Below the pieces are notes generated by a model, which had not been told where the DNA came from, did not search any database, and worked only from the letters and a program-made list of their open reading frames with translations. 21,065 nucleotides of DNA from Psammoneis japonica. Taxonomy: Eukaryota. A program made the translations under genes and the position numbers. Location of the stretch: positions 62,001 to 83,065 of the forward strand of contig QPGO01000265.1 in assembly GCA_008632985.1 (NCBI GenBank), read 5' to 3'. Positions 1 through 9,689 of this stretch are shown here, piece after piece (position 1 is the first letter of the stretch; each line of letters begins with the position of its first letter).

Positions 1-221
1 ACTTATGAAACGTGGTAGTGCAGCAGAGCAACATGGCATATAAAGTAAGCCGGCCAAACTACACGAAATCCACAAGTAAGTAAGTGAACGCCAATTAAGT
101 GCGTACATCGAGTACTGGGCAAGATGCTATGTACAATCGATACCATGAAAGAACAGCAGGACAATTGGTCCGTGTGTCCAAATGAACATGAGACAAACCA
201 TGATGCTCTCGAAAGACATTT
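1..221. repeat. Direct repeat, copy 1 (runs off the window start) of the segment at 2184-2491
   Basis: 1-188 aligns with 2184-2371 and 189-221 with 2459-2491; 7 differing sites by eye. Confidence 0.95.
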
Positions 222-1271
222 TCGTTTCCGCGCGAGAACGGTGAGCGTGTTTGTCTGTGAAAAAAATGTTCGGGTGTGCCAAATCAAACTGGAATTAGGA
301 ACTTCTGAATCTTCAAAGTTTTGAAAAAAGCACACTGTCACCGCACAAAAAAAATTTGTTGCTCAGAACCGCAGTCACCATGAATTGACAACAGCCGGTT
401 CTACTTCATGTAAACTGCCGACACTGAGGAAAAAATGAGATGTGTTGTCGTTCATGGTATTGTTGAGGTCATATGTCGTTTTTTCCTTAGTGTAAGATGT
501 TTTGATGTCGTCGTTATCGACATGGTTGACAATGGCGGACGGAATCTCGGTTGCGCCTTTTTTCGTTGAAATCATCGTAGATTTCTACGTGTGGTTTGCA
601 CTGGATTGTCGGAACGAGTTTTCGTCGACTTGTTGTCATCGATCTGACGGTAGCCTTGTTGATGGTATTTTGACTTGCCTCTCCCAGTATCTCCCATGTT
701 TCAGCTCTCTATTGTATCTAACTATCATGCTGTGCAAAATTATTTCATCTGTAGAAGCCTAGAGAGAAAAACACAAGATCATTCTTGCCGCTCCTGACGA
801 CGAGATTCATGCCACGATGCCGGGACGAACGAGCTTGACTGCAGGGGTGGATGAAAAGACCAGTGTGGACTATACAATGCAGCGCAGTCTTGGCATGCTT
901 ATTAAGACTTGGTGTGATGGCAGTGGAAGTATTCTGTCGGGATCATCCGAGCTCAAATCAGCTCAGGCCGCTGTTCTCTGTTGGTTGATGAGAAATGCAC
1001 CGTCGGGCTGATACAGTAGGTCGATGATCCAGGTAAGTTCACTTGATAAGTCTTATACATTTAACATCTTGATAGTGTGGGCGATTCTAACAGGTGGAGG
1101 CAATGGAAATTGTTTGCTAGGAAGGTCCATTTTTAAACTGCTCATGAGGTCAAATCCTGCCAGTCGACGCAGGCCATGAACCAACCGACGTGCAGCAGCA
1201 GGTAATCATCTCTAGTAGTCTACTATAGTTGAATCTTACATACACAATGCCTAGAGTAACAAGTCATGTGC

Positions 1272-1969
1272 TTAAACTAGCCATCTAGTGCTCCCAAGCA
1301 TATTTCCTCGAGCAAAGAGTGGTCGCTGAGGGCTGAGAGGAGGTCTCAGACAAGCGTTGCTTTGCAAGCAGGGTCCACCAAAGTACAGCAGAATCTGCTG
1401 AAAGAGAAATAATGCCATGTTCACTTTCATTGTGTCCAGTCCTGCCACGGATACAAAAACACCAGCATGACTGTCAACATCAAATCGTCTTGAACGGGGC
1501 AACTTCCATGTTTTTATCGTGCAGCTCGGCTTCCAGTTCAGCCTGTCGAGAAACCAATCGTCATTCTTGCCACTTAAAACAGTCTACATTGGCACCAAGT
1601 CCATCAATCACAGCGTCAAGCTCGGCTCAATGATCGCGGTGCGATCGTTCCTGATAATGGGCCTAGCTGCTGATTTCTTGAGCCGACGCAATGTGGCAAT
1701 CGTCTTGGAATTCTCCAATTCCTCCCCGAGCTCTTCCGGAATATCGTGCCAGAATCAGCTGCCGTTCGGGACAAGACAAAAGATAATCAAAAGACGAATT
1801 GTTCAGGCGAGACGATGGAGAGGAAGGAAACCAAAAAGGCGGCAAAGGGCAAACCTTGCTGTCGAGACAGAGACTGTACTGTAGAACAATGTTGAGGAGT
1901 CGGGTGGGGATGTATGTTGGCGGGGAAGAAGGAACTTCTGACTAACACAGTTGGCAAAATTTGACTTAC
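1272..1969 (-). pseudogene. Possible degraded spliced gene fragment, product unknown (coiled-coil-like)
   Basis: Minus-strand intron-like unit 1969-1879 (CAG|GTAAGT...CTCAAC...TTCTACAG, 91 nt). The frame of ORF 1663-1845 reads on through several stops as ...AELDAVIDGLGANVDCFKWQE*RLVSRQAELEAELHDKNME. No family recognised. Confidence 0.25.
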
Positions 1970-2183
1970 CTGTCTTCTCTACATGGTATGTTACAAAGGG
2001 GTGTCAATAATGCTGTAGAGTTACATCTTCAATTGACAAAGAGTGCCATCGTACTAATAGACTTGAAGACGTGCGACGTGCAATAAAATGAATCGGCGAG
2101 GGAAGGAGAAATAGGTAATGAGCACATTTCACCGTTCGCCCTGAAATGCGCGTTGAAACCGCTGTGGACCATCGTTAATTATT

Positions 2184-2491
2184 ACTTGTGAAACGTGGCA
2201 GTGCAGCAGAGCAATGTGGCATATAAAGTAAGCCCGCCAAACTACACGAAATCCACAAGTAAGTAAGTGAACGCCAATTAAGCGCGTACATCGAGTACTG
2301 GGCAAAATGCTATGTACAATCGATACCATGAAAGAACAGCAGGACAATTGGTCCGTGTGTCCAAATGAACAAAATAATGTCAGAGAGAATACTCGACGCA
2401 ATACTACAGTATATTCATATTCATATACATATAGATAGTTATATATACACATAAAGCGTGAGACAAACCATGATACTCTCGAAAGACATTT
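2184..2491. repeat. Direct repeat, copy 2, with an extra 87-bp AT-rich segment (2372-2458) absent from copy 1
   Basis: Direct alignment with 1-221. Confidence 0.95.
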
Positions 2492-2594
2492 GGAAAATGA
2501 AACGGCCCTGTGTATGCTGGCCTATATAAAACAACAACAGTCATTGCTAATGGCACAATACAGTGAACGTGGAGACATTATTGACACTGTCAAT

Positions 2595-2975
2595 TGCAAG
2601 ATCTAGCTTGAGATGACTTGATAAAAGTTGTGGGAGAACCGAGGAGAGACCCCATCATCGCTGATGCAGCCCAAACCTAACGGTTTCCCATGTGTCTAAT
2701 ACGTTAGTTAAGACGTGTTCCAGTCCCAGGTGACACACAAAACGACAATCGATTTTGAATATAAATTATGTATGTATTAGTGTATATAGTATTTTCATAT
2801 AAAATATTTAAGCGGATTGGCTTTTATAGGCATCTAGAGTATGAATAATTATGAAGAATTAAATAGTTTTTTGTTGGGCATCAAATTCCTCATGGGTTAT
2901 ATATCATAAACTTCCTCAGTAGACTCAATACTGAGGGCACACTCGGTCATAGAGTACATGTGCCTATCTCATTCA
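2595..2975 (-). repeat. 3' LTR of the Gypsy element (381 bp)
   Basis: 2595-2711 matches 8657-8773 and 2933-2975 matches 8789-8831; minus strand reads TGAATG...CTTGCA. Confidence 0.95.
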
Positions 2976-2987
2976 CTCTTCCCCTCC
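2976..2987 (-). other. Polypurine tract of the Gypsy element
   Basis: Minus strand GGAGGGGAAGAG abuts the TG of the 3' LTR. Confidence 0.9.
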
Positions 2988-3083
2988 ATGGTGCAAGGAA
3001 CACGCGCACCATTGGAACCACTCGACTAAAATTCAAAACCCACTGCGCACGGAGAAGGGAACCCAGACGTTGGGAAGAAACCC

Positions 3084-6000
3084 TCAACTCCGATACGGCA
3101 CCACACAGCGAACATTGATTCGCTCGATAACGTGCGGTGCTCGCAGTACCGAAACAGTCCCGTTGGCATGGACTTGTACAATTCGAGACGGACCATAAGC
3201 TCGTTCTTCCAACTTCGAAGGATCCACCGACTTGATTAACACATCTTGACCAACTAGATAATCGTAGGAATGTCGCTTCGCATTTTGTCGTCATAGGTTC
3301 TCGTCAATCAACACTTGTCGGTTGGCTTGTATCGTTGCGAGATCAGAAATAATAGGTAGGTCCAAAATCATATCACGTTGAAACACTAGAGCTCCACTTG
3401 AAACACCCGTAGACCTTGAGTGGGAGCATCGCAAAGCATAAGAGGCTGTAGCAAGGGCATCGTCCACAATCTGCTCGGCCTGTTGAACTTTTAAAGGTGG
3501 GTTAGCAACAACCACAGTGCGCAAGATATTAGCTACCGTCTGGTGCATTCGTTCACAAATAGAGTTGGCTGTAGGATTTCGAGACGTCGTCGGAGCATCC
3601 GCAATACCCGCTTGATTCAGTAACATTTGGAATTCCCAACCAATGAATTCTCCACCATTGTCATGGATGCATCGATTTGGTCTGGGATAACAAGCTAACC
3701 AAAGGTTGCGAAACTTGTTAGTCACATGTTGAGAAGTTTTGTTGTCAATGCGTACGAGTTCAGTCAATCCAGTAACAGCATCAATACAAGTGAGAGTGCT
3801 GAATTCAATCTCTTGATCTTGAATCGAGATCTTCCACGGTCCAATGAGATCAACTGCTACTTCCGTCCATGGAGCTAAAGGCGCTTGACGTTGAGGCAAC
3901 TCTCCATATCCAGGGCCTAGTTGCTTAAATCATTGACATGCATTGCAGACAAATTCATTACAACGTCGCCGCAATGCAGGATGATACATGTGAGTCCGAA
4001 TACTTTCATACAGTCGTACGACTCCACAATGGCCCAATACGCGATGATGCCATGCAATGATATCCGGCAACAATGCAGTGGGAATACAAATCTTCCAGGC
4101 TCCAGGCGGATCATTCAATTGCAAACGATAACAAATCAGGGGACGATGGTTCACAATCTTGACCACAAACTGCTGCGGATTTTGTTGTCTTTGCTGGTTC
4201 AGTTGGAGGTCTTCGAACTGGAACTGTTGGATCCTTAATGTCTCAGTGGGATTCGGCATCTCGTCCAGTGTTGGACAATTCAAAAAGCATTCAAACAATT
4301 CAGGCTCGTCGAGCAGAGAGGAAAAGGCGGCGTGAGACTCATCAGAAGGAGCAACCGGAGCACGGCAACACTTGAACCTGCAAGCGCCTAACTCCAAATC
4401 TTCCTCGGCCTGGGCCTTGGAATCCAACTTTTCAAAATGAATAATTTTTCCTTTGCGTTTACTACTTGGCCCAAGGCTCTTCCCTCCGAAGGTGGATCCA
4501 TACGTGGTAGACGAGAAAAACAATCGGCGAGCACGTTATCCTTGCCTTCGACATACTTAAACGTAGGCGCAAAATCTTCGAGGAACAGGCGCCAACGAAG
4601 GACGCGCTGTGCATTCAAAGTGCGAAAGGTGAGATTTTTGTGATCAGTATGAACAGTGATATCAGCACCGAGTGGCATCGAGCGAAATTCTTTGAAGCAC
4701 ATGACGACGGCCAGTAGTTCTTTTTCCATTGTCGAATAGTTTCATTGAGCCGTCGAAAGCTTTTTAGACCAACACGCCACCGGTTTACCATCTTGAATAA
4801 TAGCGGCGCCCATCTGGTAGTCTGATGCATCGGTGTAAACATGGAATGGTAGGTTATGGTTAGGGCAGGCCATCAATGCTTCCGCCGTGATTACTGCTTT
4901 CATTTCATCGAACGCTTTCTGACATGATTCCATCCATTGGAACTGACTTTTGCCTGTCAATTCAGTCAGAGGTGCAAGTAGGTGAGAACGGCGAGGCCAC
5001 ATATTGCAATAATAAGTTGCTGCACCGAGAAACGATCGGAGTTGAGTAGTGTCCCGTGGAGGTTGCATTCGTAGAATCGCTTCGACCTTTTTCTTCCACG
5101 GTCCAACACCAGTTGGAGTAAGCCAATGCCCTAAGAAATCGGTTTCTTGAACACACCACTCGCATTTCAACGGATTAACTTTCAAACCATTCTCTTCGAG
5201 ACGATGTAGCACCTTGTCAAGACGAGAGAGATGGCAATCAAAGTCAGTATCAAACGCTCCAATATCATCAATATAAGTTTCGACATCCAAACCATGAAGA
5301 ATCTTTTCAATAATGGACTGAGCAATGTCTGGAGCTGGCTTCAATCCCATAGCCATACGACAATGCTGAAACTTTCCGTAGGGAGTTGTAATCGTGGCGA
5401 GCTCTTTGCTTTCATCGTCTAATTCCAAATTGTAGTAGAACATAGTGAGATCCAATTTCATGAAGAATTTGTAGCCCGCTCTTCGTTGTAGCACATCTTG
5501 AATAACCGGTAAAGGATGCACTTTCCGCTTGAGGACCTTATTGAGCTCCCAAAAATCTGATACCCATCGTACTCGACCGTCGACGCGTTCCAGCCCTAGG
5601 TGGGAGCTCGTAGTACTGACGTGTGACAACAATAATTTTTATCATCCGTCGTATGTTTCGTACGTAGATTTCTACGTGTGATATTTAAAAAAAATTGTCC
5701 AGACTCGCTGTTTTGCGAAGCCCCAGACGTTTTATATAACAAATTTATAGAAACAATAATGCACCAGTTACATTCTTCAATGTCTGAAGAATGTAACTGG
5801 CTAAGTAAAAAATGATGTACTTCAATCATGTGCGAGTTTGTGCGTTCGCAAAATTGCCTCATTTTCTGTTGGCGATCATTGACACTTTAATTACCGTATA
5901 ATTTTACTACGGAGCTCGCACGTAGAAGTCTGCGGGCCCAATGTCACACGGATTCCCACCTACGTCTGGAACGCGTCCGTCCTTCTTCGGAGTAATAAAA

Positions 6001-7088
6001 GTACCAGCTGCCCATTCCGTAGGTCCACATGGTCGCAGCACACCGAGATTCACCAAGTGCTTCAATTCCTTTTTGAACGCTTCTTCATTAACTCGAGCAA
6101 CAGGAAACGGTTTTGAGTGATAAGGAATAGCGTTTTCATCCACTTCAAGGTGTACCTTTTCATGAGGATAGTGGCCCAACGTTCCGTCAAACAAGGTTGA
6201 ATACTTTTCCAACGCCGCTAGTAGTTTCTTCTTTTGTTCTTCCGTGAGATGGTCCAGATTCCGAACTACCTCCGCCGGATCCGTTGCTTCATACTTAGCA
6301 TCGAGCATGTGGGTGTCGTATCCGTCGTCGTATCCGTAGTCTGACTCGTCTTCATAATCTTCATCAAATTCATCCATTCGGTCTAAAGCAACATACCAAT
6401 TATAGGACTTGGACCAATGACGAGGCTCCTTCATTGGAATTACGCGGTCTAACCAACGTAGTGTTCTCGTATCATAGTTCAAATTGAGGCCAATCTTATC
6501 CAAGAAGTCTCGACCCAAAATGACATCATACGCACACGGAGCATCGAACACGTGAGCCACACAGCCGTCAATCCTCCTGGTCTTGTCGAATTCCGGTAAT
6601 ACAATATCGCTCAGGGCTACCCAACGACCCAACTGAAAAGGACCTGCAACGGTTTGAAAAGCTCGGACTCCATGTTCGTCAATAGATGGTACGGCTCCTC
6701 GAGGTAAAACTTGAGACGAGATCATAGTGTGAGAACCACCTGAGTCAAACAAGACACGCATCACACGATTCGACTCATGCCGCTGGATCAATTTCGTAAC
6801 AAGTAGTGTAGATGGGACCAACGCAGTACGCGAGACTTGCGATTTCATTTTGGGGAGAGGAATGTGATACTCAAATGCATCCTGATCGAACACGTCCCCC
6901 TCTTCATTCATGTAATTTTCTGCAGTATTTTCAAATTCAATGGGTGACAATTCGTCAGGATTTTCAAAACAATCAAAAACAAAATATTCATCATTTCTTT
7001 CAGGTAAAACACAATCATTTTCATCAACAAATACTTCTCTCATAGGCAATTGGGAGCATTCAGCTCCAGAGCATTCAGCTCCTTCTTC
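3084..7088 (-). pseudogene. pol: Gypsy pol: aspartic protease, reverse transcriptase, RNase H, integrase (disrupted)
   Basis: PR LFDSGGS...ILGRDFL; RT YIDD and NPLKCEW; RNase [28 protein letters not shown] zinc motif, VDLIGPW, HDNGGEF, NSICERMHQT. Broken by TGA stops at 4742, 3930 and 3291, a frameshift near 4480 and the MITE at 5582-5977. Natural stop at 3084-3086. Confidence 0.95.
5582..5977. mobile_element. 396-bp non-autonomous TIR element (MITE) inserted in the Gypsy RT
   Basis: 24-bp TIRs GACGCGTTCCAGcccTAGGTGGGA (5582-5605) and 5954-5977, 2 mismatches; 4-bp duplication CGTC at 5578-5581 and 5978-5981. Removing 400 bp restores [13 protein letters not shown] in frame. Confidence 0.93.
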
Positions 7089-8331
7089 TCAGAACTGCCG
7101 AGGAAACTGCCCATCTGGCTGAAACCTCACCACACCTCCATAACGTGGAGGGCCTCGTCCGATCATATCGAAATGGTGCACGTCACCACGAGGAGCTTCT
7201 CGAGCCTGGTTGTTGTTGTTCATATTGTCTGCTTGAGCAGCACATCCGTCGGCCTGACCTTGGCCTCCACGGTTGTTGTTTTCATTATAATGATGCTGAC
7301 CACCACCTTGGTTGCCATTGTTATTTTGGTGTCCATTGTTGTTATTGTTGTTATAACAGGTACCACGACCTCCTTGGTTCTGGTTACCACGACCACCAAA
7401 GCGTCCACCGCCTCCACGGCCTTGTCCACGGCCTCCTTGGAAACGACCTCCGCCTCGACCTCCACCGCCACGGCCTCCACCTCGACCGCCACGGTTTTGA
7501 GGCTCACGATAGTTAGGGTTGTTTGGATTATCATAACACTGGCCCCACGTATGCCTTCCATGGTGCCACGGGACTGGACACGGATCATTCGCCTTTGGTT
7601 GGCCCTTGCTATCCTTCTTGTCTCAGTTGCCCTTTTTGTTACTAGAGTTCCCTCCATTGCCATTATTGGACTTGCGCTTCTTGTTGTCCTGACCATCGGC
7701 GAATACCTTCTCATTGCTCATGTAGGCTTGGATGTCCACCATCGAGTCCGTAACAAGGTTCTTGCCCGCACGAATGTAAGACTGCTGCCAGGTCAAAGGG
7801 AAGGTGTAGAAGATAATATTTTTCTGCTCCTGCTCTGTAAGTTCAGGAACGGTTCCAGGCAAACGGTTAGTGCAACGAAACACCGTTTCCATATGATCAA
7901 CATGAGTTTCCGATTCCGCTGAATAAGGCTTTTTGCAAGTAGGCAAATACATCTTCATTGTGTCGCGAGCTGTTGGTTTCACGTAGCGCAAATAATAAGC
8001 CAAGATAGCCTGATTAAATCGAGCCACCGTCCGTTGATTCTGTTGGATACCCGTGGTAATATTCTGCCATTTCGCTTCCGCAGTACCTTGAAGGCAATCC
8101 TCGAAAGCATCAAATAATTCTGGTCCGGCATCATAGTCGAGCTGTCTTGCCACCTTCCGGAACCTATCCTCCACGTGCAATAATGATTCAATTCCATGCT
8201 CTCCTGTGAAAATAGGACACATTTTCGAAAGTTTAGTACCATCATCAAAGGTTTGAGTGAGCTTCACTTCCTGCAATTCTGAATTTGGTCTTATACTCAA
8301 TGCACGCTTTCTCCAAGGCTTCTTGATACAT
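7089..8331 (-). pseudogene. gag: Gypsy gag (disrupted)
   Basis: ORF 7623-8300 continues in frame past a TGA into a Cys/His knuckle (CPVPWHHGRHTWGQC) and an RGG/Asn-rich tail, up to TGA at 7089-7091. Probable ATG at 8331 with a frameshift near 8280. Confidence 0.8.
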
Positions 8332-8608
8332 GGCGATGAACAATTTCAGCGATCAAATAATCAACAATCCACAAGATGAACGAAACAAAGCGTTCCCAAT
8401 TGATCCACACAACGAGAACAATTAACAACCAAACAAGAATGAATTCAATAGTAGCAACACGAGCTTTGAGTTCAAACAAGCGCTGCTCTGAATCGCCAAT
8501 TTCACGAGTATAATTACGCGGCGATTCTGATCGACTTCGAATGAAATTTTCTGCATGCGCTCGTAAATAGACTTTCTCTCTTCTCAACAACACTCTTCGC
8601 GTTGTCAT
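8297..8608 (-). CDS. Small accessory ORF upstream of gag (103 aa; basic N-terminus, hydrophobic putative transmembrane segment)
   Basis: ATG at 8608, 48 nt inside the 5' LTR boundary; uninterrupted; IEFILVWLLIVLVVWINW hydrophobic run. Confidence 0.45.
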   Translation of the reverse strand: MTTRRVLLRREKVYLRAHAENFIRSRSESPRNYTREIGDSEQRLFELKARVATIEFILVWLLIVLVVWINWERFVSFILWIVDYLIAEIVHRHVSRSLGESVH

Positions 8609-8656
8609 AAAACTGATAATGCAATGAACAAGCTATAACAACGACTGTAATTACAG

Positions 8657-8831
8657 TGCAAGATCTAGCTCGAGATGACTTGATAAAAGTTGTGGGAGAA
8701 CCGAGGAGAGACCCCATCATCGCTGATGCAGCCCAAACCTAACGGTTTCCCATATATCTAATACGTTAGTTAACACACATATATCAGAGAGGGCACACTC
8801 GGTCATAGAGTACATGTGCCTATCTCATTCA
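8657..8831 (-). repeat. 5' LTR of the Gypsy element, internally deleted (175 bp)
   Basis: Matches both ends of 2595-2975; the 221-bp middle is replaced by 15 bp. Confidence 0.93.
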
Positions 8832-8891
8832 TCAATGTCCGTCGAATAATCCACTTAACAAATGACTCTAATGTGCAATTAGGGAGGCGAA

Positions 8892-9251
8892 TGCAGTATG
8901 CGACTGTTACACACATATTTATGATTATATATTATTTGTGTGTCAATCGTACCACAGTCGTGGATGCGTACAAAGGACAGAACGATCACACAGAGTTGAT
9001 CGGATGTCGAGAATACGATCGATTGACGATGTTGACATCTTACGTGTCAATAGCAATCGTATCCGGACAATCTGTTGTCACGAATATATTCTCCGAAAGG
9101 CCTTTTGTCTGTAGAAGCAGTACAGAAGCTTTAGGCCATTGAGAACTCGTTCGGAGAAACCAAAAATCACAGAGTAAAATTTAATCTCATAATTTTCACT
9201 TTTCGAACTTTGTTCTACTTTCGTTTACACTCGTTCTTTGAGCATAGTGCA
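8892..9251 (+). repeat. LTR of a second family, probably a 3' LTR (360 bp)
   Basis: TG...CA ends; aligns end to end with 18199-18565; preceded by purine-rich AGGGAGGCGAA (8881-8891); no flanking TSD. Confidence 0.85.
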
Positions 9252-9689
9252 TGCTGCCTCATCGCCAAAAATCGGCGATGTGATGGTGGTGCGTTGTTGT
9301 AAAGCGACGTGTCCCAGAGTCTTTTGTTGTTATAGGCATTTAGTTTATAAGTTTAAGAATGTATTCAGTCATGAAAGTCCCCTCGAGCAACCTCCGCTCG
9401 AAAGCAAAACGTCATGCCAACAAGGAGCTCTGTTTTTCGACCATCGTTTTATGCATTCGATTATCGAACGATTGTGAGTTCGTCCGGGGGACTTTCTTTA
9501 CATACATGTGTTCTCCACAGTGTTGTTGATTAACACATTAAGTGCCTGTTGCAAAGTTGTCCTCTATCAGCATCTGAAAATTGTCATCGTCATCGTCGGC
9601 GTCAAACGGCAATTTGTCATGCAAATCGCAATCAATTACACGGCCGTCATCTGTCCGACAGTGCACTTCTGTGTGCGACTTCTGTGCAT

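Larger units (their letters stand above)
2595..8831 (-). mobile_element. Full-length, inactivated Ty3/Gypsy LTR retrotransposon
   Basis: Paired LTRs with TG...CA ends; 5-bp TSD TCAAT at 2590-2594 and 8832-8836; PPT; domain order gag-PR-RT-RNaseH-IN on the minus strand. Confidence 0.97.

Noticed and set aside
17..60. GCAGAG-containing motif reminiscent of a twister ribozyme core
   Set aside because: I could not build the required stems and pseudoknots in any permutation.
1964..1972. ACTTACCTG resembling the U1 snRNA 5' end
   Set aside because: No downstream U1 structure or Sm site; better explained as a minus-strand splice donor.
1..2491. Repeat pair 1-221/2184-2491 as LTRs of one element
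   Set aside because: No CA terminus, PBS, PPT or TSD visible, and the left end is outside the window.
7050..7922. 290-aa plus-strand ORF rich in Val/Thr/Ser
   Set aside because: Antisense shadow of the low-complexity RGG/Asn-rich gag tail; no independent evidence of coding.
8816..9142. 108-aa ORF, and similar short ORFs at 3-341, 2129-2452 and 18174-18428
   Set aside because: They lie within LTRs or non-coding repeats, cross element boundaries or are not preserved between copies.
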